Below are positions 52,371 through 62,049 of a stretch of DNA of 64,000 nucleotides, piece after piece. The stretch's first letter is position 1. Every line of letters begins with the position of its first letter. Under the pieces are notes generated by a model that worked only from the letters and a program-made list of their open reading frames with translations, was not told where the DNA came from and ran no database searches. This DNA comes from Virgibacillus sp. (lineage in GTDB: Bacteria > Bacillota > Bacilli > Bacillales > Amphibacillaceae). The translations under genes and the position numbers were made by a program. The DNA lies in NCBI GenBank assembly GCA_035301285.1, contig DATGUN010000088.1:18582-82581 (forward strand), in the 5' to 3' direction.

Positions 52371-53105
52371 ATGTTTCGCGGACTATCTACAGATACACTG
52401 AACTGGATTATCATTATTGGGGTGATTCTCTTTATCGTTGAAATAGCTTTTTTTCATGGTGGTATGATTGTTTCTGCATTATTATGCGCCGTCCTCATTT
52501 ATGTCGGGTGGAAAAATTACACTCAGTTGTGGGGCAAGATCATTTTTTGGCTCGGTATTGTAGGATTAATCTTGTCAATATTAAACATGTTGGCTGTCCG
52601 ATTTCTAATCGTCGCGGCAATTGTTTTGTTTTTAATGAATTATTATAAATCTAAACAGGAAAAGGAAGATGTTGCTCCGGACTTGCAAGGAGACGGCAAA
52701 GTGATTACAGATCCAGTCGTCAACGTCGAGCCATTATTCACACATAAAATCTTTGGGGATCAGAAAACAGATGGTATGGCTTACCAATGGCGTGATGTCA
52801 ATATCCATGGTGTATTCGGCGATCGGGTCATTGATTTGAGCAACACGGTGCTTCCGGATGATACAGCGATCATATCCATACGTCATATCATTGGTGATAT
52901 CGAGATCTATATCCCGTATGAAGTTGAAGTAAGTATCCACCATAGTTCTATTTTCGGAAGAGCTCATATTTTTGGAGAGCATCATTGGAATTTATTCAAT
53001 CAGACATTTCATTATCAAACATTGGATTACGATCAGACAAAAAGGCCTCGCATTAAAATCATCACCTCCTTATTTTCGGGTAATATAGAGGTGAGGCGCA
53101 TATGA
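52371..53105 (+). CDS. liaF: Cell wall-active antibiotic response protein LiaF
   Basis: N-terminal TM helices plus a C-terminal DUF2154-like beta domain (IGDIEIYIP...GNIEV). Precedes liaS and liaR. Confidence 0.8.
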   Translation: MFRGLSTDTLNWIIIIGVILFIVEIAFFHGGMIVSALLCAVLIYVGWKNYTQLWGKIIFWLGIVGLILSILNMLAVRFLIVAAIVLFLMNYYKSKQEKEDVAPDLQGDGKVITDPVVNVEPLFTHKIFGDQKTDGMAYQWRDVNIHGVFGDRVIDLSNTVLPDDTAIISIRHIIGDIEIYIPYEVEVSIHHSSIFGRAHIFGEHHWNLFNQTFHYQTLDYDQTKRPRIKIITSLFSGNIEVRRI

Positions 53106-54145
53106 AGACAGTTATAAGACACATGTTTACGGCTATTGTACTGAGTCTTGTTATTTCTTTGATTACGGGAAGCATTATTTTTTCTGCATTCCCATTGAAT
53201 GACTGGATAGCTCTCATAGAAACGAAAGTGTATGACGTTCCTTTTCTGGTCATCTTATTCGGTGTTCCGGTTGGTATCGGCATGATAGGTGGATTGATTA
53301 CAGGGCTATATTGGCGCCAGCGCATGACGTTTGTAGAACGCCGGCTTGATGATATCGTGAAAGGTCATCAACTGACTCATGAGGTGTCGCCTTATAAAGA
53401 ATTAGACAAGGTTCTCAAGTTAACGGAGGACGTACAAGCGAAGATAAGAAGACAGGCAAGTCATGCTCAAAGCTTGGCGACGGAAAGGGCAAATGAAAGA
53501 GAAAAAAGCTTGCAAGAAATTGTTGTCCAGGAGAGGAGCCGATTGGCGCGTGAATTACATGATTCTGTCAGCCAGCAGATGTTCGCAGCATCAATGATGA
53601 TGTCGGCAATCAATGAAAGCAACCCTCCTAAGGATCCACACGTGCAACATCAACTGGCGATGGTGGAAAAAATGATTCATCAATCCCAGTTGGAAATGCG
53701 TGCATTGCTCATGCATCTAAGACCAGCGGCCCTTAAGGGAAAAACATTGCAAGAAGGTGCCATTGAATTGCTTCGTGAACTTGAACAGAAAGTACCGATT
53801 GAGATCGATTGGCAAATTGAAGATTTTTCACTTGATAAAGGTGTTGAAGACCACTTGTTTCGCATATTGCAGGAGTCGATATCCAATACGTTACGACATG
53901 CAAAAGCGACTACATTTCATTGTATGCTGATTGAGCGGGATGACATGATCATCTTACGTGTCGTAGATAATGGTGTTGGTTTTGACGTGGAAAAAGTCAA
54001 AGCGAATTCTTATGGCCTTCAAAATATGCGAGAGCGGGCGCTGGAAATTGGCGGAACATGTAAGATCATTAGCTTAAAAAATGAAGGGACACGTCTTGAG
54101 GTAAAAGTTCCAGCATTCGAGAGGGAGGCATCAAACAATGATTAA
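53102..54145 (+). CDS. liaS: Sensor histidine kinase LiaS (HisKA_3 type)
   Basis: Two TM helices, HAMP, H-box RLARELHDSVSQ and ATPase N/G boxes. Confidence 0.85.
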   Translation: MKTVIRHMFTAIVLSLVISLITGSIIFSAFPLNDWIALIETKVYDVPFLVILFGVPVGIGMIGGLITGLYWRQRMTFVERRLDDIVKGHQLTHEVSPYKELDKVLKLTEDVQAKIRRQASHAQSLATERANEREKSLQEIVVQERSRLARELHDSVSQQMFAASMMMSAINESNPPKDPHVQHQLAMVEKMIHQSQLEMRALLMHLRPAALKGKTLQEGAIELLRELEQKVPIEIDWQIEDFSLDKGVEDHLFRILQESISNTLRHAKATTFHCMLIERDDMIILRVVDNGVGFDVEKVKANSYGLQNMRERALEIGGTCKIISLKNEGTRLEVKVPAFEREASNND

Positions 54146-54776
54146 TGTATTATTTGCCGATGACCATGAGATGGTAAGAATCGGTGTATCTGCTTATTTG
54201 TCTTCACAGCCGGATATAGATGTTGTAGCTGAAGCGGATGATGGCGGGGAGGCAGTGGAATTAGCTCTTTCCAAGAGACCGGACATCATTCTGATGGACC
54301 TGGTCATGAAAGAAATGGATGGGATAGAAGCAACCAAGAAAATCATTACCCAATGGCCTGAAGCTAAAATCATCATTGTTACGAGTTTTTTGGATGACGA
54401 AAAAGTGTATCCTGCCTTAAAAGCGGGTGCAACAAGCTACATGTTAAAAACATCGAAAGCAAGCGAAATTGCGAAGGCTATTCGCTCAACCTACGAAGGA
54501 CAATCCATACTGGAACCGGAAGTAGCCGGGAAAATCATGACCAAAATGCGTCAAGACCCGGACGTTGCACTTCACGAACAATTGACAGAACGGGAAATGG
54601 AAATATTATTGCTTGTCGCAGAAGGAAAAACCAACCAAGAAATAGCTGATCAATTGTTTATAGCTTTGAAGACAGTGAAAGTCCATGTAAGTAATATTTT
54701 GGGGAAGCTGGAAGTCCAAGACCGGACACAAGCAGTCATCTATGCTTTCCAACATGAGCTGATCAAGAAAAAGTAA
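54138..54776 (+). CDS. liaR: Response regulator LiaR (NarL/LuxR family)
   Basis: Receiver domain (ILMDLVM) plus LuxR HTH (LTEREMEILLLVAEGKTNQEIA). Confidence 0.88.
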   Translation: MINVLFADDHEMVRIGVSAYLSSQPDIDVVAEADDGGEAVELALSKRPDIILMDLVMKEMDGIEATKKIITQWPEAKIIIVTSFLDDEKVYPALKAGATSYMLKTSKASEIAKAIRSTYEGQSILEPEVAGKIMTKMRQDPDVALHEQLTEREMEILLLVAEGKTNQEIADQLFIALKTVKVHVSNILGKLEVQDRTQAVIYAFQHELIKKK

Positions 54777-55042
54777 TGTTAGAATGTAGTGCCGAACCGT
54801 TCAGATGTGGCTTTTATTGCCAATATACATTGATTTTAAACAAACGATCTCCATATGAATTTTTTACCATCTTCAAACACTTTTGAGATGGACAACGTAA
54901 ATCCTGGGAAAAACATACAAGCGTATCGGCTGGATATTAGATACGATGGGATATGATGAAAGGTATTATTATGAAGATATATAAAAACTGATGTACTTCT
55001 TTTCGGGTATGTCAATTTCGAAAAGGAATAGAAAATGACATC

Positions 55043-55077
55043 ACCCTTCATCTTATTTGAAATGAAGGGTTCTTTTA
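55043..55077. terminator. Orphan terminator-like hairpin 1 in the liaR-cwlO spacer
   Basis: ACCCTTCAT (55043-55051) pairs with ATGAAGGGT (55062-55070), followed by TCTTTTA. No gene ends nearby. Confidence 0.5.
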
Positions 55078-55150
55078 TAAAATACAGCCATATTAAAATG
55101 TTCATATTACATAAAAGTTAATAGATTATGATATTTTTTATCTGCTATCG

Positions 55151-55182
55151 AAAAGCATCTCTATCATTATAGAGATGTTTTT
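55151..55182. terminator. Orphan terminator-like hairpin 2 in the liaR-cwlO spacer
   Basis: CATCTCTAT (55156-55164) pairs with ATAGAGATG (55169-55177), flanked by AAAAG and TTTTT, so it could act bidirectionally. Confidence 0.6.
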
Positions 55183-55360
55183 GTCGATTTTGAAATACAA
55201 TTGTAACATTTGTATAATATGCATGTCATTTTCCCATGTTATACTACGAATTACCTAGAAGATACATAATAAATATCAATACGGACATATATGCAAAATA
55301 GATACATAGATAGAGAAAGTTATTATTTTGCTGATATGAATGGGGGAGCGAGGATTTAAA

Positions 55361-56728
55361 TTGAAAAAAACGTTCATTACATTAGCTACAGTAGGGGTAG
55401 TTGGCTTTGGGAGTGCAACATTGGGGAGTACAGTTCATGCTGATTCGTTAGAAGACATCCAGGATCAACGATCGGATATAAAAGATAGTTTATCTGATGC
55501 CGATGCAAAAATTGCTGATGTACTCATTGATCTGGAAAAATTAAATGATCAGATTTCACGTGTAGAAGATACATTGAAAGCAAATAAAGCACAAGTGAAA
55601 GAAACCGAGGAAAAAATTGGGGAGAAAAATAATCAAATCGATAAATTGGAAGATGAAATTACCGATTTGGAAAAAAGCATCGAAGAACGTTATGATGTTT
55701 TGAAAGAACGTGCCGTATCCTATCAGAAAAATGGTGGGGATGTCGGCTATATGGAAGTTGTTTTAGGTTCAAGCAATTTCAATGAATTTGTATCACGTGT
55801 TTCCGCAGTTTCTAAAATAACGGATTCTGATGAAGAATTAATGCTTAAGCAAGAAGAAGATAAAAAAGAAGTCGAAAAGAAACAATCGAATGCGGAAGAT
55901 AAACTTGCTGAATTAAAGGATATGGAAGGCGAACTGAAAAGTATACAGGACACTATTGTAGTTCAAAAGGAAGAAAAAGAAGATAGCAAACAAGATTTAA
56001 AGAAGAAAGAATCAAAGTTAAATGAAATGAAAGACGATCTCAAAATCGAAGACAGTGAATTAGCTTCACTTGAAGCAGACGTAAAAGAAAGCATTGAAGC
56101 TGCCAGACAGGAAAGGGAAGAACAATTGACAGCAAGCAATGCCGATGTTTCAGATGAGTCCAGCGAATCAACCGAAACAAATGAAGCAAACGAGCCAAGT
56201 AACTCAAATGATTCCAATGATTCAGCTGATTCTAATAACACGAATAACAATAACTCTGATAACGCAAATGATGCGTCTGAGTCAAATCATTCCTCGGATA
56301 CAAAAAAATCCACCTCGAAAGATGAAGTTGTACAACTATCAGATAGTAACAGTGGTGGCAATGGTTCTGTAACTGATGTAGGTAAGCAATTCATTGGGAA
56401 TTCAACATATGTATTTGGTGCGAAGAATCCAAGTGCTGGACAGTTTGATTGCTCAGGCTTTGTATCTTGGGCATATGAACAAGAAGGAACATCCCTTCCA
56501 AGAAGTACTAGTGGACTTTCCTCTGTCGGTTCTAAAGTATCTGCAAGCGATATGCAGGTCGGTGATCTAGTGTTCTTTGATACGTATAAAACAAACGGTC
56601 ATGTAGGAATTTATATGGGCAATGGCCAGTTCATCGGCTCCCAGTCTTCAACAGGAGTTGCGATTGCCAATATGACGAGTGGTTATTGGAAAGATCATTT
56701 CAGTGGACATGTTCGTCGTGTCAATTAA
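55361..56728 (+). CDS. CwlO-like secreted peptidoglycan DL-endopeptidase (coiled-coil N-domain plus NlpC/P60)
   Basis: Signal peptide (TTG 55361 after GGGGGAGCGAGG), a long coiled coil, an Asn/Ser/Asp linker, and a C-terminal NlpC/P60 domain with catalytic FDCSGFVSWAY and NGHVGIY. Confidence 0.8.
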   Translation: MKKTFITLATVGVVGFGSATLGSTVHADSLEDIQDQRSDIKDSLSDADAKIADVLIDLEKLNDQISRVEDTLKANKAQVKETEEKIGEKNNQIDKLEDEITDLEKSIEERYDVLKERAVSYQKNGGDVGYMEVVLGSSNFNEFVSRVSAVSKITDSDEELMLKQEEDKKEVEKKQSNAEDKLAELKDMEGELKSIQDTIVVQKEEKEDSKQDLKKKESKLNEMKDDLKIEDSELASLEADVKESIEAARQEREEQLTASNADVSDESSESTETNEANEPSNSNDSNDSADSNNTNNNNSDNANDASESNHSSDTKKSTSKDEVVQLSDSNSGGNGSVTDVGKQFIGNSTYVFGAKNPSAGQFDCSGFVSWAYEQEGTSLPRSTSGLSSVGSKVSASDMQVGDLVFFDTYKTNGHVGIYMGNGQFIGSQSSTGVAIANMTSGYWKDHFSGHVRRVN

Positions 56729-56744
56729 TTAGGATATTGTTTCA

Positions 56745-56782
56745 AAAACCTTGCAGCCATAAATGTGGTTGTAAGGTTTTTT
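56745..56782 (+). terminator. Intrinsic terminator after the cwlO-like gene
   Basis: AAAACCTTGCAGCC pairs with GGTTGTAAGGTTTT (with G-U pairs), followed by TT. Confidence 0.8.
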
Positions 56783-56905
56783 ATCGTAAAATTGTTATGC
56801 TGTTTTTATCGGAAGCGATCGTTGATTTTGAAAAACAATAAATTCATTGTATAATCACTATCAGGATATATTTTATTAATCATACATACAGGAGGAAGCG
56901 GAACA

Positions 56906-57496
56906 ATGACAGACATAAAAGAATTTCGGCGGGCAGCACATGATATTGATCCAATCTTTCTAAAAAGGTGGTCCCCAAGATCATTTTTAAATAAAGAAGT
57001 ACCTGAAGATGTATTGCATAGTGTATTTGAAGCGGCTCGTTGGGCACCATCAGCGGCTAACATGCAACCGTGGCGTTTTGTGTTTGCTCGCACAGAGGCA
57101 GATCGAGCTAAGTTTTTATCGTTCATCAATGATAGTAATGTTACATGGTGTAAAAATGCACCTGTTTTAATTGCCGTTATATCCAAGATGGATAGGGGAC
57201 CAGGCAAGGATAACATTACCCATGCATTTGACACAGGTGCAGCGTGGGGGTATATGGCTTTGGAAGCTTCACGTAAAGGACTGATTACACATGGTATGGG
57301 AGGTTTTGACCGTGCCAAAGCCAAAGAAGTATTGGATATTCCGGATAATTATTTTGTGAATGCCATTATTGCCTTAGGCTATCAGGCCGACATCCACGCT
57401 TTACATGAAGATTACCATGATAGGGAAAAGCCGTCTGATCGTCATCCTGTTGAGTCTTTTTTATCAGAAGGTGTTTTTACAGATGAAAATAATTAG
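56906..57496 (+). CDS. Nitroreductase family protein
   Basis: RWSPRSF, ARWAPSAANMQPWRF and ALGY motifs. AGGAGGAAG SD. Confidence 0.8.
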   Translation: MTDIKEFRRAAHDIDPIFLKRWSPRSFLNKEVPEDVLHSVFEAARWAPSAANMQPWRFVFARTEADRAKFLSFINDSNVTWCKNAPVLIAVISKMDRGPGKDNITHAFDTGAAWGYMALEASRKGLITHGMGGFDRAKAKEVLDIPDNYFVNAIIALGYQADIHALHEDYHDREKPSDRHPVESFLSEGVFTDENN

Positions 57497-57524
57497 TTAT
57501 CTTTGATTATTATATTGAACGACC

Positions 57525-57559
57525 AGTCTCCGCTCTTTCGACATGCGGAGACTTTTTTA
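57525..57559 (+). terminator. Intrinsic terminator
   Basis: AGTCTCCGC pairs with GCGGAGACT, followed by T6. Confidence 0.85.
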
Positions 57560-57657
57560 ATGGCAAATTTTAAGGGATGAACCACTTTTTATTGCAGTGG
57601 ATGTATGTCATAATTATCTTATATAAACACATTTTTTGACATAGGGGGTTGGATGAT

Positions 57658-58599
57658 ATGGAAAAAGTCAAACAAGCAAAGGATATTCTGAATAATATCA
57701 TTTTCGGGAAAGAAGAAGTGGTAGACTTGCTATTCGTTGCTCTGCTTGCCCAAGGACATGTTCTTCTAGAAAGTGTGCCAGGTACAGGAAAGACAAAATT
57801 GGCTAAAAGCTTTGCTAAGATAATGGATGGTGATTTCAATCGCGTACAATTCACTCCAGACGTTTTACCTAGTGATGTAACCGGTATTCGTTTTTTCAAC
57901 CCGAAGACCCAAGAGTTTGAATTGCATGTCGGTTCAGTTCTGTCCAATGTCCTCTTGGCCGATGAGATAAACCGTGCAACACCAAAAACTCAATCCAGTT
58001 TACTGGAGGTCATGGAAGAATATCAGACGACGATCGATGGTGAAACGATTCAAGTTCCACCTCCGTTTTTGGTCATAGCTACACAGAATCCGGTTGAAAG
58101 TAACTATGGAACCTTTCCACTTCCTGAGGCACAACTTGATCGTTTTCTTTTCAAAATCGATATTGGCTATCCGGAAATGGAAGAAGAAAAGCGTATTTTA
58201 CATACCTATCGGACCTCGGATCCCATGGAGACCATAAAACCAATCCTGACGCTGGACGACATTCGATCATTGCAATGGGAAATCAAAGAGGTTATGTTGT
58301 CCGAAATTGTGTCTGACTATTTGATCGATCTTATCCACCAATCACGTGAACATGTCGATGTAGAACTTGGAATCAGTCCGAGAGGGATGCTTGCATTGAT
58401 GCGTTCGGCACAAGCGAAAGCCTATTTGGAAGAAAGGGATTATGTGACGCCTGGTGATGTTAAATGGCTCGCACCTTATATATTTGAACACCGGCTGATC
58501 TTAACAATGGAGGGATCGATAAAGAAGACTCCTCGGCAAGTTGTCACGGAAATATTGAAAAAAGTGCCCGTGCCAGTCGAACAGGAAGTTGGTAAATGA
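57658..58599 (+). CDS. MoxR-family AAA+ ATPase
   Basis: Walker A ESVPGTGKT, Walker B LLADEINRA and QNPVE. Start at ATG 57658, 9 nt after GGGGG. Confidence 0.88.
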   Translation: MEKVKQAKDILNNIIFGKEEVVDLLFVALLAQGHVLLESVPGTGKTKLAKSFAKIMDGDFNRVQFTPDVLPSDVTGIRFFNPKTQEFELHVGSVLSNVLLADEINRATPKTQSSLLEVMEEYQTTIDGETIQVPPPFLVIATQNPVESNYGTFPLPEAQLDRFLFKIDIGYPEMEEEKRILHTYRTSDPMETIKPILTLDDIRSLQWEIKEVMLSEIVSDYLIDLIHQSREHVDVELGISPRGMLALMRSAQAKAYLEERDYVTPGDVKWLAPYIFEHRLILTMEGSIKKTPRQVVTEILKKVPVPVEQEVGK

Positions 58600-59843
58600 T
58601 GTGGCAAAGGCATTTCGGAGAATCTTATTATAAAAATTATGATTTTTTATTGACTGTGTTGATTGTGTTGATCATCATTGCACTATTTGCCGGAAAGACT
58701 GTGATATTTACTGTGATTGGGATATATGCGGCATACTTTATGATGTATACTCAGTTTGACAAACATATTCTAAAAAATATTACCCTGAAAAATCCAAAGC
58801 ATATCATCCGTTTATTCCCTGGAGAAGAAGGAACATTAACATTTGATTTGGCTAATAAGTCGACTTTCCCTGCAATCAATGGACAGTTTCGATTCCAGAC
58901 AGATTCATCGGTTCATGCCAAAGAATTATCTAAGGAAATTAATAACTATTGGAATCAATATCAAATACCTATTTCACTTGTGCGAAAAGGACATACTATG
59001 CTGAGCTTTCCGATATATGCTGAACATCGTGGGACAGCCCGTATCCGTAATATTACGTATTCATTTCCGCATCTATTCAATTTTGATAATGTCGAGTTGC
59101 ATTATGCCCCATTTTTTAAAACGGAAATCATTGTATTTCCAGAACCAAAATATGTTCATGGTTTGGGCTCTGTTTTTGAAATGACACCTGGTTCACATCC
59201 AGTCCATTCCTCGGTGTTTGAAGATATTCAAGACCGGGTTGGCACTAGGGACTACCATTATAGTGATGCATTTGCACGGATTAATTGGAAAGCATCTGCC
59301 AAAACACATCGTTTGCAAACGAATGTCTATGAAAAAGTAATCGATTTGTCTTATCTGTTTATCGTTAATATTGAAACAAAACTTGGTGAGATGAACATGG
59401 TGCAATTTGATGAAAATCTTGAAAATTTGTTGTCATATACAGCTTATTTATGTCAATATGCCACGGAGAAAGATATTCCATTTGAGATGTATATCAATGC
59501 ACGGAAGCCAGGAAAAGAACCATTTCTTCATTTACAGGAGGGTGTGGGGCAAACGCATTTTGGAAACGCGCTGGAAATGTTAGCACGCATTCAGAGACAA
59601 TCGATGGCTGTGCCTTTCGATCATATGCTTTATAGAATCGGCAAACAACTTAGGAAACCGCAATCGATTGTTTTGGTCGGGGATGTATTTCCAAAGGCCG
59701 GTCAGATGATCCAATCTTGGAATCGGATTCAAAATAACATTTCCCATGTTACAGCAATGGGAGATGATGATGCCTATTTGGTCCCTTGGGGAAACAAGGA
59801 TCATGTGGATGTCGTGACAAACAGTCGGGATGTCACGACGTAA
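58596..59843 (+). CDS. DUF58 domain protein (MoxR partner)
   Basis: The ATG overlaps the MoxR stop (ATGATG). N-terminal TM helices and a DUF58-like core (TRDYHYSDAFARINWKASAK). Confidence 0.8.
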   Translation: MMWQRHFGESYYKNYDFLLTVLIVLIIIALFAGKTVIFTVIGIYAAYFMMYTQFDKHILKNITLKNPKHIIRLFPGEEGTLTFDLANKSTFPAINGQFRFQTDSSVHAKELSKEINNYWNQYQIPISLVRKGHTMLSFPIYAEHRGTARIRNITYSFPHLFNFDNVELHYAPFFKTEIIVFPEPKYVHGLGSVFEMTPGSHPVHSSVFEDIQDRVGTRDYHYSDAFARINWKASAKTHRLQTNVYEKVIDLSYLFIVNIETKLGEMNMVQFDENLENLLSYTAYLCQYATEKDIPFEMYINARKPGKEPFLHLQEGVGQTHFGNALEMLARIQRQSMAVPFDHMLYRIGKQLRKPQSIVLVGDVFPKAGQMIQSWNRIQNNISHVTAMGDDDAYLVPWGNKDHVDVVTNSRDVTT

Positions 59844-59846
59844 CGA

Positions 59847-59880
59847 ATGAAGTCCAAAGGGATTTATCTTTGGACTTCAT
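59847..59880. terminator. Terminator between convergent DUF58 and zur genes
   Basis: ATGAAGTCCAAAG pairs with CTTTGGACTTCAT (13 bp). Confidence 0.7.
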
Positions 59881-59962
59881 TGACATTTTTTATGACATTT
59901 ATGAATAGCTACAGTTTGGATCCTATCGTTCTATGTCGTTGTTATCAGTGCATTCAGGGAAG

Positions 59963-60382
59963 TTACGCATCGTTTTGACAAGTCGGGCAATAGCCATAAA
60001 CTTCGAACTTATGATCGGAAATCTGGAAATCCTGCAATGAATGTTTGATTTCATCCATTGGACATATCGGTATTTCTTTTGTTTTTCCGCAGACTTGACA
60101 TATAAAATGATGATGATGGTGTTCTGAACAGTTCAAACGAAAATATTTTTCACCGTCTAATTCGGTCGTCTCCAAAATACCCAATTCATCATATAAATAT
60201 AGATTGCGGTAAACGGTGTCCACACTTATTCCGTCATCGATGGTATTCAAATAGGCCAATAACGCTTTTGCATTCCGGTATCCATCATCTTCACGGGAAA
60301 AGTATGTCAAAATTGCTTTACGTTGGTTCGTTATTTTATGACGATTATCCTTCAGACGCTGCATTGCTTCGTTTATATTCAT
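59963..60382 (-). CDS. zur: Zinc uptake regulator (Fur family)
   Basis: Fur fold with HHHHF, CQVCGK and CPTCQ metal sites. Its start overlaps the stop of the upstream permease gene. Last gene of an operon fronted by a Zur box. Confidence 0.85.
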   Translation of the reverse strand: MNINEAMQRLKDNRHKITNQRKAILTYFSREDDGYRNAKALLAYLNTIDDGISVDTVYRNLYLYDELGILETTELDGEKYFRLNCSEHHHHHFICQVCGKTKEIPICPMDEIKHSLQDFQISDHKFEVYGYCPTCQNDA

Positions 60383-61236
60383 TCTATATCATTCCTCTTC
60401 TGTGATGTGCGAACCGATTTCTTTTTCCACCACATTGCCATCAATAAAATCATGATTGAAACCATTACAATGGTTCCGCCAGGAGGGATATCCAAGTAAT
60501 ATCCCATTATTAACCCTATGATAACAGCTATTTCACCAAAAGCAATAGAGAATAGCACCATTTGCTTGAATCCTTTGGCCAGCTGCATGCTTGAAGCGAC
60601 TGGGAGTGTCATGAGTGCTGATACGAGCAGGACTCCGACGATACGGATCGAAGCCGCAATGACGAGTGCGGTGAGAACGATGAATAAAAAATGGATCCAC
60701 TTGGCATGCAACCCAGAAACTTTTGCATGTATTTCATCAAAGGATAATGTAAATAATTCCTTATAAAAAATCATGACAATAATAAATACAAAAACAGAAA
60801 TGCCCACAATGGATAGAAAATCATTTTTACTGACAGCTGAAACCGAGCCGAACAGATAATTGAACAGATCTGTATTAAATCCATTTGCCATTGATATAAA
60901 TATAACGCTCAGTCCGACCCCGCCGGATAATATAATCGGTATGGCTAACTCTTGAAATGCTTTGTAGACACGTCTTAATTTTTCAATCAGCACAGCACCG
61001 ATGACTGAAAAAAACATGCCACTGTATAATGGTGGAATGGCAAATGCCGGGATGCGTTTTTCGAGCAAGAGACCGAAAGCGATTCCCGCTAAAGTGACGT
61101 GTGACAAGGCGTCTGCTATAAGGGATAGACGCCGAACGACTATAAATGATCCGAGTAAAGGTGCTATCAGTCCAATGAGAATGCCAGTTAAAAATGTATG
61201 TCTCAGAAAAGGAAATTCCAAAAAGTCTGCTAACAT
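60379..61236 (-). CDS. znuB: Zinc ABC transporter permease
   Basis: ABC-3 family permease with 8-9 TM helices. GGAGG SD. Confidence 0.85.
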   Translation of the reverse strand: MLADFLEFPFLRHTFLTGILIGLIAPLLGSFIVVRRLSLIADALSHVTLAGIAFGLLLEKRIPAFAIPPLYSGMFFSVIGAVLIEKLRRVYKAFQELAIPIILSGGVGLSVIFISMANGFNTDLFNYLFGSVSAVSKNDFLSIVGISVFVFIIVMIFYKELFTLSFDEIHAKVSGLHAKWIHFLFIVLTALVIAASIRIVGVLLVSALMTLPVASSMQLAKGFKQMVLFSIAFGEIAVIIGLIMGYYLDIPPGGTIVMVSIMILLMAMWWKKKSVRTSQKRNDIE

Positions 61237-61251
61237 AAGTGTTCCTCCAAC

Positions 61252-62013
61252 CTAGTGATGATGTGTGATAATTTCCACCGGATGACCGTATAATTTGGAT
61301 AAATCTTCATCTGATAATGCTTTGAACTCATCTGCCCGTCTATGATAATGAAGTTCCTTGTTCAAACAAGCAATATCAGTGGCATATTTTGTCATGATGC
61401 CGGTGTCATGCGTGACGAATAGAAGCGTCACTTTATTTTGGGTGTGTAAACGATGAAGCAGTTCATAAAAACGTTGCACATTTTCGATGTCGACCCCGAC
61501 TGTCGGTTCATCCAGAATCAGTAATTCCGGTTCACTGACCAAAGATCTCGCGATGAAAACACGTTGTTGTTGGCCACCGGATAGATTGCCGATGTTTTCT
61601 TTTGCATAAGCATCCATGCCGACTTGTTCAAGCGCATGAAATATTTTATCTTTATGTTTTCTTTTGATAAATTTCCCATAACCGATTTTCGAAGTCAGCC
61701 CCATGGAAACAACTTCATGTACCGTTGCAGGGAAACCGCTGTTGAAAGCATTGGATTTTTGGGAAACGAAACCGATCCTGTTCCAGTTTCTAAATTGTCG
61801 AATCGGTTGATTGAACAATTGAATGTGACCCGTATCGGGACGCAACAATCCTAGTATAAGTTTAATCAAAGTTGTTTTTCCGCCTCCATTGGGCCCAACC
61901 AGACCCATGAATGACCCATGGGGAATGCTAAAGTCGATGTGGTTTAATATCAGTTTTTGTTCGTATTTAAAAGAGATATCTTTCATTGAGACAAGTGGTT
62001 CTTGCATATCCAT
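61252..62013 (-). CDS. znuC: Zinc ABC transporter ATP-binding protein
   Basis: GPNGGGKTT, LSGGQQQR and ILDEP motifs. The start is ambiguous (GTG 62022, ATG 62013, ATG 62007). Confidence 0.85.
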   Translation of the reverse strand: MDMQEPLVSMKDISFKYEQKLILNHIDFSIPHGSFMGLVGPNGGGKTTLIKLILGLLRPDTGHIQLFNQPIRQFRNWNRIGFVSQKSNAFNSGFPATVHEVVSMGLTSKIGYGKFIKRKHKDKIFHALEQVGMDAYAKENIGNLSGGQQQRVFIARSLVSEPELLILDEPTVGVDIENVQRFYELLHRLHTQNKVTLLFVTHDTGIMTKYATDIACLNKELHYHRRADEFKALSDEDLSKLYGHPVEIITHHH

Positions 62014-62049
62014 TCCATTCACATCCTAACTATTTTGATTGTGTTTAAC

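Noticed and set aside
54836-55105. 89-aa minus-strand ORF in the liaR-cwlO spacer
   Set aside because: It has no SD, a strong terminator-like hairpin (55043-55070) inside the frame, and AT-rich codon usage unlike its neighbours.
55202-55216. WalR-like TGTAAC/TGTATA direct repeat upstream of the cwlO-like gene
   Set aside because: The hexamers are separated by 3 nt, whereas the WalR consensus TGTWAH-N5-TGTWAH requires 5 nt. TGTATAAT here may simply be an extended -10.
56806-57324. 172-aa minus-strand ORF
   Set aside because: It is entirely antisense to a well-supported nitroreductase gene (56906-57496) and has no SD.
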